Part shown: positions 51,001-62,349 of the stretch, in pieces
Position numbering within the stretch: the stretch's first letter is position 1
How the letters are laid out: every line of letters begins with the position of its first letter
Position numbers and translations under genes: made by a program
Notes under the pieces: generated by a model
The model's input: only the letters and a program-made list of their open reading frames with translations
Database searches by the model: none
Told to the model about the DNA's origin: nothing
Source of the DNA: Psammoneis japonica
Lineage: Eukaryota
Assembly: GCA_008632985.1 (NCBI GenBank)
Contig: QPGO01000045.1
Location: forward strand, 310,001-374,000
Reading direction: 5' to 3'
DNA: 64,000 bases

Positions 51001-52240
51001 CACCCTTCCCACATGTTTTTCAAGAGCCGAAATTAGAAACAGGACAAAAATCATTTTTGATCATGGCAATTTTGTGGAACAGCAAAATTGGTGCAAGAGC
51101 AAAACATGCCGTGGTGTTGACACTTGCTGTCTTGATCAAATGAGAGCACAGTGAACACTGCATTGTGTGTCTTGATGGCACACCCAAATTCCACAAAAAA
51201 ACATCACAAAGTCAGCCGGGGCAACTGCAGGCAGCCTGACTCAAATTTGCACGGATGCGACAACACAAGATTTGTGAAAAAATGATGGACAGCAGCAGTG
51301 TGCAATTGTTCCCCACAACCAAACCCATTTCCAAGATGGTGTGTGGGCATCTGCGTCAATTGATGCAAACCTCTGTGCATGAAGAAGTTTGCCATCTTGT
51401 CATGAGAGTTGCACTTTGTTTGGAAATGAGCGGCTGCTGTGTTGCACCAAGTGTTGACCAACAAAGCAGAAACAGAGTCACACAGGGCTGAGAGGTTGCA
51501 CTCATTGGCACCCTTGTGCAAAAGTCCTCAGGATGGGGCAAATGTTGGACACTCTAGCTTGGGTTGTTGAATGAGGTTTTGCAACTGCATCTGCCACCTT
51601 GACAAAGCCATCTTGTTGCTCTTTGTCCAAGCAAGCAGTGGCACAAATGGCAGCACAGCTGCTGTCCAACAAGTCACCGTGAGTGTTTGACAGTTCTTGG
51701 ACACAAAGCTCATGTTTTCACAGGCACAAACCATGCTTCTAGGGTGGGTTTTGGAGGTGACAACTCAACTGATTTCAAGGAAGTGGTGCTGTCTTCAATG
51801 CTTGAGATGAGATGCTCTTCAGTTGATTTGGTCACATTTGCTGAAGTGGGCTCATCACTGCACCCACAGCTGCACAGAACCAGGCAAGATCTTGTCAGCC
51901 TGCTTGGGGGCATCAGCACTTTTAGCAGAACAAGATCATGTGGCTCTGGCAGAACAGGCAGAAAAAGTGTGCACCATCTGGGGGCAAACGCTGCCACTCT
52001 TTGTCAACAGTTTGATTCAACCCACGCATTGCCAAGAAGGTGGGGACCCCAGTTGACACATCTCACTGTCCAAATTGACTTGGCAAGGAGCTATGTGTGC
52101 GTGTTGTGTGTTTAGCATTGAATGATGGTGGGCAAAGAAATGCTGTTGACTTGCCAGCAAAGAAACCAGAGTTGTCACTGTGGTCACACATTCACGGGAG
52201 GACATCAAAAGCCAGTCATGCAAGCGTTCAAGACTGCCCT
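47270..52240. other. TpA-depleted and strongly CpG-depleted domain 3
   Basis: TA is nearly absent and CG is rare. I could not recognise an intact gene. Confidence 0.9.
47950..48202. repeat. Compound (GGT/GTT/GAT/GGC)n trinucleotide microsatellite
   Basis: Directly visible. It produces the poly-V/G/C/W/H/Q/P ORFs. Confidence 0.95.
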
Positions 52241-52479
52241 TTCTTGTCTATCCATTAGTGCTGAGCGAAGCAGATGGTTTGGTTTCGACTACCGCCAAGG
52301 ACCACATTGATACGTAGGCCCTACATGCAAGAAGAGCCGCAAGAAAAAAACGACTCGAACCTACTCTGAAATGATAGAAGAAGTGTAATAGTCTATTGGT
52401 AAGCCATTATTATGAATGTAGATGAACAACAATAGAATATAGTAGGAGAGAATCGATAGATAGCTAATTCAGAATCGCT

Positions 52480-53700
52480 TGTCTGGTGACTGCGTGAATC
52501 GCTTTAATCCATACACAGTAGACTGACTGGACCATACAGAGTAAGCTGCAGATGGAGCACGCACAGCTTGATCATGCTGGGGCTCACTTCCTTGATCTCC
52601 CAGACAACTTCCTGACGTTGTGTTTACAATGTTCGAAGGCAAAGCTCTGCGTTGCTCAAATCCTCTTCGAGTTCCACCGTGTCCATGGCTTCATTCTCCT
52701 CTGCATCATTGACGTCTGCCAGAACCTTGCTCGATGGTGTTGGTGAGCTGTTCAACGCATTTCTGACTTGTTGCTACTGTTCCGCTGGGTCTTGTAGACA
52801 TGATGCTATTTCTTCGAATCTTCCTCCTTGGCTCCAGGCTCTTCAACGTCTCTCGAGAGCTGCGCAACTTCTTGTTTGGTGTCCTCGATTGCCTTCGACT
52901 TATCCGCCCCGATTGTTTGTCTTGACCTTTTCATGTTCCTTGACAGTATCCCTTATGTCCCTCACCAAGTCGTGCAACTCTTGCTCCTTCGTCTTGACGG
53001 GAACCCTGGCGCGTTTGAGGTCCTTTTTGGCAGAGACCGCATGTCTTGCATCCTCAGTGAACGGCTTCATGGTAGCCTGATTCTCCTGCTCTTCCTCCGA
53101 GCCAGTCTCGCTTTTCTCTTGAGTTTTTTGTTGCAACTCTGCTCCATCCCGTTTTCATCCACAAGCCTATAGCCATTGTATCTACCGCCCCTCGAAATAG
53201 AGCGCTCTAGTGCCCTCCCGTTAGGAAGTGAGGAAAGATTCGCGAGATTGGTATGTTAGCATATAGCTGCGAAAACAACTTACGAAACAACAACCAAACA
53301 CCCAGAACATCAAACCACTTACTCCAGTCGAAATCGGTCTCCTCCCTTGCTTAATAAAGTCAATGGGACCTTCGCTCCGTTGGTGTTATATCTAACCTCC
53401 TTACGAATCAAGTCTTTTAGGTTACGCCGGCGATGCGTCCGTCGTGCAGCAGCACCGCGAGACTGATCTGCATACGGCGCCAAATCAAAATGGCCGGCTT
53501 GCCACTACTGTGCCCTTCTGGCCGTGCATAAAGTTGATATTGCGACAAAAGTTGACTGTGAGCTTCTTGTGGCACATAAAGTACTCGGCGTGAACGCGTG
53601 TACAATAATGCTGGCCTCTGGAGGTTTTTGCCGTGAGCGTTCAATGTCGTTGTTGCTTTCGCGGTACTGCTTCTGATGAACAATTGGGGTAGTCACAGTG
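52480..53700 (-). pseudogene. Disrupted coiled-coil protein gene fragment, identity unknown
   Basis: Charged helical-looking pieces (AKKDLKRARVPVKTKEQELHDLVRDIRD) are broken by stops and frameshifts. Confidence 0.3.
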
Positions 53701-54563
53701 TCATCAGAATACTCCTCAGCAAAGGTCAGAGATGCGTTATCTTGAATCTTTGACGACCTTATTACATGAAAGTTGTCTCCAAAGAGTTGACCCGGGCTGT
53801 CCTTATGTTTCGCAAGAAATAATGAAGCGCCGGATCAATCTTGGGGTTTGTAGGAGTGATTGCATGAGTAACAGAGTCTTGAAACAGCTCCAATGCCACA
53901 ATAACGCTGCTCAAAATAGACCAAGTGTGCCGTAAATTCAGTCGTTTCGCCGTTGCATACCGTTCAGTAGGGCTACAACATCAAGTCACAATCTCGCAAC
54001 GCGACGGACCGGGCGTAGCAGGAGACACACAATGCACATTTTCCGGTGCATCACAGCTCAACAAAGCTTTCCATAGAGGTATAGATTTCATTCACACAAG
54101 CTGTACATGACTTTATGGTCGAACGAAGGGTTTCGAGCTCACAATCGAGTGAAATACCCTGTGTTTTCCGAAGCCTTGTTTTCAATGGTTGTGACATTCT
54201 GCGATAATACTGAAGCTACCCTGATATTCTTAGATAAAAGAGGCACGTATTCCATAAGCAGTATTGGAAAATACTGAACGGTTGTTGAGCTACAAGACGA
54301 AGCGTTGGCGGCTCTCGTCATGGTGAGTGATTTTTGGCATCTTCGATCTTCAAAAGGTCCCGTACGAAGGCCGGACGGAACAGGTCGGTTCTTTTAGATT
54401 TTTAGATGATGAGAGAGCTATGATGGGAGCGTCGTCGCAATGACTTTCATTTTTCTGTAACAACTTCAAAAGGCCATAAAGCATCTCATACTTTTCTTTT
54501 ATAACGATCACAAAAGCAAGAGCAAAAAATCGAGCGAGAAAGGGGTGTCGAGCCGTCAACAAC

Positions 54564-56402
54564 ATGAGTCAAGAGCGTGCTCCGAATGCTGCACAGAACG
54601 AGGATGATGAACATCTCTTTCAAGTGGCGGAATGTTTTAGTGAAGAATCGATGGATTATGTGTCGCCCTTGCTATGCCTGCCAAGTACATGTCGACCGAG
54701 TCTGTCGCTCGAGTCATCGTCACCGTGGTACGACGTTTCCCGTGCGTCGCCAATGATTACCCATTGCCACATCTCCACAAGTCAGCAATCTCAGCAATAT
54801 CCGTTACGTCGCATAAGGTCCAGATCCCTTGGAGACATACCGTCAACACTATCACCTTCACTGCTCTTGCCAAGTAACCACGAACTTGGACAGTCGGACC
54901 GCTCCGCAATTTTCTCTGGAGACCCTGACGTTGCTGACGATGCAGTGGAGGAGTCTGCGAAACTGCTTGGGGAAGAAAAGGACAAATATGACTCCGTTGT
55001 GACCGATCCTGTACCTTCTTCTCAACAGAGACAGAGCGATGCTGACGAAAATAATGCATTCAAGCAAAAAGAGCCGAATCCAATTTGGGTTTCCATACTC
55101 TACGGACTCATCAACACCAGCATTGTACTACCCGTCCTCATGTCATTTGGGAGCATTATTTATTGTGATCCCGTCTTTGCTCCATACATGCCAACTTTGA
55201 TCAAGCTCACAATAGTATCGGGTATGGTTCATCAAGTTTGTTTTTCGTCTCTGTCGACTTTGCCTTTTGCCGTGGGACAAGTGCAGGATGCGGGTCTTAT
55301 CTTTTTGTCACAAATGGCTCGGACCATGGCTCAGTACTGCAGGAATAATGGTTACGCGGACGACGAAATGCTGGCGACCGTCACGGTTGGGTTGGGGCTT
55401 TCTACTGCATTGTTGGGATGCGGTCTAATTCTGATTGGCAAAGCACAACTCGCGCAGTGGGTTCAAGCCTTACCTACACCCGTGGTGGGAGGATACCTCG
55501 CATTTATTGGATGGTTCTGCGGACTATCTGGTTTCAAACTCATGTGCATTGATATCGACGACACGAACGCTGCTTCTCTTTTTGAGTCGCAATGGAAGTT
55601 TTGGTTGCCGGGCGTTGCTGGGGGGTTGTTGATTTACGTGCTTGTCAGATCGCTGCGACACATGGCGGTGTTGCCTATATGCATCCTCTTTATTCTCATG
55701 TTGTTCTATGCCAGTCTTTGGATAACAAACACATCCATAGCTCAAGCTACAGAACTAGGATGGATCCCGCATTCCGACAGCCAACCTCCCGTGTGGTATC
55801 ATACTTGGGACTATGTCCGGTTGAACAAGGTTGTTTGGTCAGCCTTGCCACAACAAGCACTTACGTTGTGCAGCATGATTTTTGTCGTTGCTATTTCTAG
55901 TAGCTTGGATGTCGCGGCGATTGAATTGGAACTCAAGAACCAGCCGCTAGACTACAATCGGGAACTGCAAATGGTGGGAACGAGTAATTTGGTTTCAGGA
56001 CTGGCGGCCGGGTATACTGGAAGCTACATTTTTAGTCAAAGTATCTTTTCTCTTCGAGCGGGAATCACTTCAAGATTAGCTGGTTTCGTTATCGCCGGCT
56101 GCGAATTGATTGTCTTTGTTCTCCCCTTCTCGGTTTTGTCGTTTGTTCCCAACTTCTTTTTTGGAAGTCTCTTGATCATGATTTGCATTGATCTAATGTA
56201 CGAATGGCTATGGGACGTTCGATCAAAATTCACGAGTGCGAGCTACATTACATGCCTTGGTACCTTTGGTTTGATCCAGGTGTTGGGGGTCGAGTATGGT
56301 ATCATTGCCGGAGCTTGTCAGTACTTGCTGGCATTCAAGTTAGGATTCAACATGAGTGATCGTAGCACCGTTGACAACGACGTCGGAACTGCTACGACAT
56401 AG
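54564..56402 (+). CDS. SulP/SLC26-family sulfate/anion permease (no STAS domain visible)
   Basis: 612-aa ORF with many hydrophobic segments and motifs FAVGQVQDAGLIFLS, LPTPVVGGYLAFIG, SSSLDVAAIE, DYNRELQMVGTSNLVSG and GYTGSYIFSQ. Tyr usage is normal. Confidence 0.88.
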   Translation: MSQERAPNAAQNEDDEHLFQVAECFSEESMDYVSPLLCLPSTCRPSLSLESSSPWYDVSRASPMITHCHISTSQQSQQYPLRRIRSRSLGDIPSTLSPSLLLPSNHELGQSDRSAIFSGDPDVADDAVEESAKLLGEEKDKYDSVVTDPVPSSQQRQSDADENNAFKQKEPNPIWVSILYGLINTSIVLPVLMSFGSIIYCDPVFAPYMPTLIKLTIVSGMVHQVCFSSLSTLPFAVGQVQDAGLIFLSQMARTMAQYCRNNGYADDEMLATVTVGLGLSTALLGCGLILIGKAQLAQWVQALPTPVVGGYLAFIGWFCGLSGFKLMCIDIDDTNAASLFESQWKFWLPGVAGGLLIYVLVRSLRHMAVLPICILFILMLFYASLWITNTSIAQATELGWIPHSDSQPPVWYHTWDYVRLNKVVWSALPQQALTLCSMIFVVAISSSLDVAAIELELKNQPLDYNRELQMVGTSNLVSGLAAGYTGSYIFSQSIFSLRAGITSRLAGFVIAGCELIVFVLPFSVLSFVPNFFFGSLLIMICIDLMYEWLWDVRSKFTSASYITCLGTFGLIQVLGVEYGIIAGACQYLLAFKLGFNMSDRSTVDNDVGTATT

Positions 56403-56452
56403 CATCAACTTGCTTCGAAAACTGCTACGACATAGCATCAACTTGCTTCGAA
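56387..56452. repeat. 33-bp tandem duplication spanning the SulP stop codon
   Basis: AACTGCTACGACATAGCATCAACTTGCTTCGAA occurs twice. Confidence 0.9.
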
Positions 56453-59129
56453 ACTTGATTCCTTTCCAATCAGGGCACGGCACGACGCAACAAAGAAGAT
56501 GACGTGCATTGCGAGAAATCCCAGGGAACCCCGTGCTAAGTACAAAGGATAAGTGGTTGGATACCAAGGATGTGCAGTGGGCACTCAGCGCTTCTCCAAA
56601 TCGCTTCCCTCAGGCAACGAGTTACTCGGAAATACGGCGCTATTACTCGTGGCGGCGTCTCTAAAGCGAAGTCAAATAGTACCTGGTAGGGCGTCGTCCT
56701 TGATACCGTCACCGCCTCTGCATCTTACCTCAACTATGGAATCTTGTTGATCGAGTGGGCAAATTGAAGTTAAAGGGAAGGGGGTATCGAAGCATGTCAC
56801 TTGTAGAGAATTGTCGTTACCTCTCCAAATCCTCCGGTTTTTGCGAAACAGGCCTTGTTCACCCAATCTCTTTAGTTATTTGTAAAGGAACGTCCTTCTC
56901 TAAAGAATCAAATCAATCGGAAAGCACCGCACTCGTTTCCAAGTCGAAGGAGATCATACATGCCGTACCCGGTAGTCCAACATCTCGCGCTGTTTGTAGG
57001 AGTCAATACGTTAGAGTTCTTCACGTCTCGTCGATTTCTCTACGGCACTTCTTGGATGATTCTCTTTCTAGCTTCTTTCTAGCTTCGAGTAGACGAAGGA
57101 TTCTCGGGTCTCCTGCAGGGCTAGCTAAGCTATGCTAGAGGGCCCTCTCTAGCTAGCTCTAGGCCCTCTAGCTAGATAGATAGTACTCTCTAGAGCGGCG
57201 GGATAGTACCCTCCTCACTCTGTAAGTTCAGATAGCCGTTTTTCGGTATTGTTCCTTGTACTTCTCTTTTGTGATGTTCCCATGCTCCAAAAAATCGTAG
57301 CGTAACGGTAAGAATAATAGCTCACACTCAGTCCAGATTCGTCGGAGGATGAAGAGAAACTGCTAACAAAGCAAACGCATACGGTAAAGCATCACAATCC
57401 ATAGAACCTCCCACTCCCTTTTTCCACCGCAATATGGTTGTACTATAATATCCGTTGATACCCGGGCCTCAATGCACAGTGCTTCACAGTCAGTCGCTCC
57501 ATACCATAGCGTTCCGTTGTTGTTAGTTGACGGAAACAAGCCTCCCAACGCAACGTTCGCCATGGCGTCGGCGACTTGCAGTCTGACGTGGTTGTATCAT
57601 ATGTAGGCGTGTGTTCGGAAATACTGTTTAATCTAAATTATATAATGTTGAAGCTTTTTTAATGTTTAAAAACATGCGCGCTCTCTTTATTAATATTTAA
57701 AAATAAATGGTGAAACACATAAATTTCATTTGATTAGATGGACTGAAATTTTCCAAAGGGGGTACATCATGATTTTTTTCAGTCAAACTAATCAAATGCT
57801 TTTTTATATGTTATTCGGCGAATAGAATATAATTAATATACTCTTAGTTGACTTAGGAAGGTATTAGTTATATATAGCTTATTGCCTTTATTATAGATTA
57901 TTATACCACATTAATCTCCATACATATAAATTGCCCGGGTTGCAGAATAATGATTCAAAGACGAAGGCATAAAAAGACAATGAACAATGACATCCGATGG
58001 ACGAGCTATGAGCGTTTAGATCCAGCCAATAGTCTCTTGCTTACTGAAAAAATCCTTCTCAGTGATCTCTTGAGCGCAAATGAAGAGATTCGTGATGTGT
58101 TGTAGCGTACAAGTAAAAGCTACAGCACTCCAAGATGGAAAGGAATGAATTGCACGCTCCTTCTCATGCTGTTGATGAGGCCCAAAAATGATTTTCTTCG
58201 TACAGTCATTTCCCTAAGCCGTCGCTTTCTTTTGGTTTCACATTATTTGATGGATCGATTCTCTCGCCGACACATTGACAGCGTGGAATCGAAGTGAGAA
58301 TAATGCAGATTACTGTTATATCAGCTTGCTGTCAATACGAATCGGCGCTCGTTGAAGCGGTACTTTTGGTAAATCAGTCGATACATTTATCGAACGAGCC
58401 GCAAGACTGAATCCGCGTTGGCCAGCATTTTATGAGATCTGCAGAACAAATACCAACATTAGAATTAAGTGCAACTGCAAGAGAGAAGAGTCGCGACGAT
58501 TGCCAACAGCAATATGATCGCCACGATGATGTGGGATCGATTGTGTGAAGAGGCATTACAGTAGCTTATTGACTGGCAAACTTATACCGGTGGGTTTGTG
58601 AAGAGGGAAGTGCCTGCCTGTTGTAGAGACAATTTTGGGGGGGGGGGGCTCCATTCAAGCTTTTATGCTTTCGTATCTTGCATCTCGACCGGCCTGCTTA
58701 GCTTTAGGGAGAGTGTCGTTAGTATAGTAATAGCTTCCTACCATAAGAGTTACTGCATATGTTTTGTTAGGGACTTTTCGAGCTCCCTTGCTTTCGGAAC
58801 TGGTAACGTGTTGCGCTCTCTACGGTATGTACTCTTCATCTACTACTAGCTGTAGTTTTTGCTCGCGTCACATACTGTATAGCGTAGCCTCGCAAAGCAA
58901 ATAATGATGTACGAATAGCCGAGGCATTAATGTAACATGACTGTTTCGATCCGCTAAGCTATTTCTATTTTCATTGCTACTCTGTGGCTGTTATAATGAG
59001 AGAGGCAAATTCTGGAGCTGACAGCTCATGTGTTTATAAGTAGTGAAAGTAATTGCCTGATCTCCTGGCATGATTCGCATGAGACGCGGCGCACGTAATG
59101 CCCTTCCAGAGAGCCAGGTGTCCCTCTTC

Positions 59130-59520
59130 CTACCTAGAGGCGACCACGGCGCAAGACTGAAACAATCCCATGCTTTGGCGTTTTGCCCGGAACAACCACT
59201 TGGTTTTGCACACGAGTCTTGACCACATCCAAGGGGATGTCAACCATGGGTCCCACACCTCCACAGATAACTCCCATGACTGACGAACGCCAGTGTGTTG
59301 CAATTCAGCAGTGCCCTGGTGTTCCAAGAGCTTTTTCTCGAACATTTGGCAGGCTGCAAAGTTGACTGCCTGACTGCATCCCTGCCTCATCATGGTGGGC
59401 ACCACACCCTTGTAGAGATCTCCCAATTCCTCCTCATGCAGACAATCACAAAGGCCGTTTGCAATGCATTGGTGTGTTTGTGATGCTGCACCTGAGATGG
59501 ATCCAATGATGAACATTTGC
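59130..59520 (-). pseudogene. Mitochondrial carrier (SLC25; succinate/fumarate or tricarboxylate-like) fragment
   Basis: LYKGVVPTMMRQGCSQAVNF, and in another frame the carrier signature PLDVVKTRVQ. Confidence 0.75.
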
Positions 59521-59668
59521 AAAGCTCACTCGCCATCAGATGGAGGAGAAAGGGGATTGAACAATCTCAAAAACAACCACAACAAATCATGAGTTTATCT
59601 CATGCAGAGTGAGGTGATGCATGTGGGTCGCTCAACATTGTGATTGAGAAAATCCAACAAGCTGGGAA

Positions 59669-59990
59669 TCAAAGACGAAATGCGGCCACCATGGTTTTCC
59701 ATTCAAACTCAGCCCACATGGATTGAAGGGCTTCGTCAGTGCAAGTTGTGGGGCAAATGTGATCCACAACAACCAAGCAAACATCATTGAGATTGATGTG
59801 TTGCTTCTCTTGTGTCCTCACTGCATTGACACAGCAAATGGTTCCTGAGATGTGCCCTGTCTTGCTGGAGGAGACCTTGACAGAAGCGCAGCATGTTGTC
59901 TGATCAAGAGGGCCAACACTTTGAGACTGCGGGCATTCAACAAACTTCGTGTCACCCATGGTGGTGAGTTACACCATCAAATCAGACATT
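59669..59990 (-). pseudogene. COPB1: Coatomer beta (beta-COP) appendage fragment
   Basis: ASVKVSSSKTGHISGTI...INLND...P.TCTDEALQSMWAEFEW matches the recalled beta-COP pattern KVSSTETG.IFG.I...FRSMWAEFEWENK. Confidence 0.8.
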
Positions 59991-61172
59991 GTGACAGGAG
60001 CACACAGAATCTCCAAGACAGCCTCCTGCCTGCCAGTCATGCACCATGAACCATGAGAGAAAGGCCTCCACTGGACATTGTTGTCAAATCCATTGAGTTG
60101 GCAGATGCAATTGAGTTTGGAACTCAGCAAACAACATGACATGATTTTGCATCATCCACACAGAGTTGCATGTTGTTCATGCACAAGTGGTGCTTTCTTG
60201 CTTTGCTTGCAATGCCAACAACCTGGAAGAACAACGCTTCGTGCTGATGATGCATGGGTGTTCCTCAGACAAATGCAACATCATGTTTGGCACCATGGTT
60301 TGTTGGGGATGTGATGTTGTTGTGGTTGCAGTGCCAATGCAGCCTCAATCCTGCTTGTGGCCTGTCATGGGCGGTGCAGTGGCTGCAGACCCAAAAGGCA
60401 AACCAAAGTCATCATGGTTGGCTGTCATCATGGCGAGCATCGCTGCACTCATTTTTCATTTCAGATCTCAGATTTTGACACATCTGCAAATTCCAAAATC
60501 ATGCAGAATCCACAAAGAATTGCACCAAATGAAATGTGGCTGCCAACGGATGAAGGCAAGTGCGGTGCATGCATGCGAGGGTGCACGCATGGCATCAAGT
60601 GCGTGCATTCCCAACATGGGAGGTCTCTGTGCAGTGTGCAAAAAAGGAGGAATGCGCAAAATGCATGTCATGGCCACATGAGACACACAGCAGAGCCAGC
60701 CTTGTCATCTTCATCCTCCTCTGGCAGGTGATGACTTTTCCGTGTCATCAACCTCATCAGAGGAATCATCATTGGCAGTTGCAAAAATTCAGAGCTTGGA
60801 AGACCTTCTGTCAGACAACAGCCTTTCTCTCTTGACAGCATGCCAGAGTCAATGCAATCTCTTTTCACAGCTCCAGAGAGAAGATGCCACCTCTCAAAAA
60901 GAGAAGGGACGTGTTCCAGTCCCAGGTGACACGCAAAATGACAATCAATTTTGAATGTAAATTGTGTGTCCATTGGTGCATGCAGCATTTACAAAATGCA
61001 GGCTGAATTCACCCTGTGACTGTCAATCATCATCAACTCCAAGTCATCTAAAGAACTCCTTTCTTCAGCTGAACTCTCTTGAAAAAGCCAACAGTGCCAC
61101 GCTCCTCCTTTTCTCTTCACATCCTCATCAAGGTGCTTGTCACCATCAGATGGCAGTCATGGCAAAGGCCAA

Positions 61173-61672
61173 CCCTTCAACCACCAGACTTGAGCAAATC
61201 TCCGCGGGTGGAGATTTGCTTGCTTGTGTCACAAACATGGCAAATGAAGTAATTTCAGATGTGTGCAATGTTTTGTTTGCGCGATTTTGTTCTGGAGCGC
61301 GCATTCGCCAAAAATCTGGAGGCACCCTTTTTGTGATTTAGAAAGTTCAATGTCGCCTTTTAACACCAGGTTTTTTGCAAGCTTCATCTGTGAACAGAGA
61401 GGAACTGAATCTCAACCTTTGACAATGCAGGTCATCATGAATTGCTGTCACAAATGGAGCAACAATGCCACACCCTGGGAGCAAATCTCCGCCAGTGGAG
61501 ATTTGCTTCCAACAAGCAAATGTGCATGGTGTGCTTTACGCAGATTGCACATGACATGACATTTTTGTGCCATGTTCATCACATTGTCACAAAAGTGCAT
61601 GACACGTCACACATCCTTGAGCAGAGCAAATCTCCACCCATGTGGAGATTTGCTCCCCTGGTGGTTGAAGGG
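61173..61672. mobile_element. piggyBac-like non-autonomous element (about 500 bp)
   Basis: TIRs CCCTTCAACCACCAG and CTGGTGGTTGAAGGG. The right flank is TTAA and the left flank CCAA. Three internal GAGCAAATCTCC..GGAGATTTGCT palindromes. Confidence 0.7.
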
Positions 61673-62349
61673 TTAAGAAGTGGGCCCAGATGCCTTGATT
61701 TGTGTTCCCAGCTTGCTTGACATGAGCATCTGGATGGGCTGCAAAAACAATTTTTTTTTGGACAGGAGCTCAGCCATCTTTTGAAATGGCCTGATGGCAC
61801 TCTGCTTTTTTCCACTTGAGGTTGCTTCTTGCACACACACGGCACATGGACCACTGGGCAGATGTGCAAGAGATTTTGGCTGTGTTCCCTCTGAAATTTT
61901 TTTGAAAATGCCATCATTGACAGCACTCCAGTCAAGATTGGTGGCAGCGGCATGGGCTGCATTGCTGAGAACATTGCAGCGCTGCAATTGTTCAAAAGCA
62001 TGAAAAAATCTCTCACCCTGCACTGGGCCACCCTCAAATCAATCGGCGGTGTTTCCTCTGAGTCTCTGAGTTTGACAAAACAACCAATGGAGCCATTAAC
62101 ACCATTGTTCAAAGTCTTTGGTGCAGACAAATGGCAAAGCCCAAGAACTTTGTGCGCATCCTTCTCTCTCTGAGAATGACAAATGTGACAGTGTCAATCG
62201 CATTGAAAATTCAAATTTTTATCTCAGCTCCATGTCACACAGACAACGAGACACGCAGCCGTCCAGCGAAGCGTCCAATCTGGGATCTGCATCAAGCACC
62301 CAGCCCATGAAAAACAAAGATTGCAGATTGGAGATTGCAGCACGGCATA

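Larger units (their letters stand above)
59140..62345. other. TpA-depleted hypermutated domain 4
   Basis: TA is nearly absent between tacctag (about 59131-59137) and cataccggtac (about 62346). Confidence 0.9.

Noticed and set aside
57620..57930. AT-rich stretch as a regulatory element or origin
   Set aside because: No specific motif or supporting structure; the similar AT-rich patch at 3515-3590 is equally uninformative.
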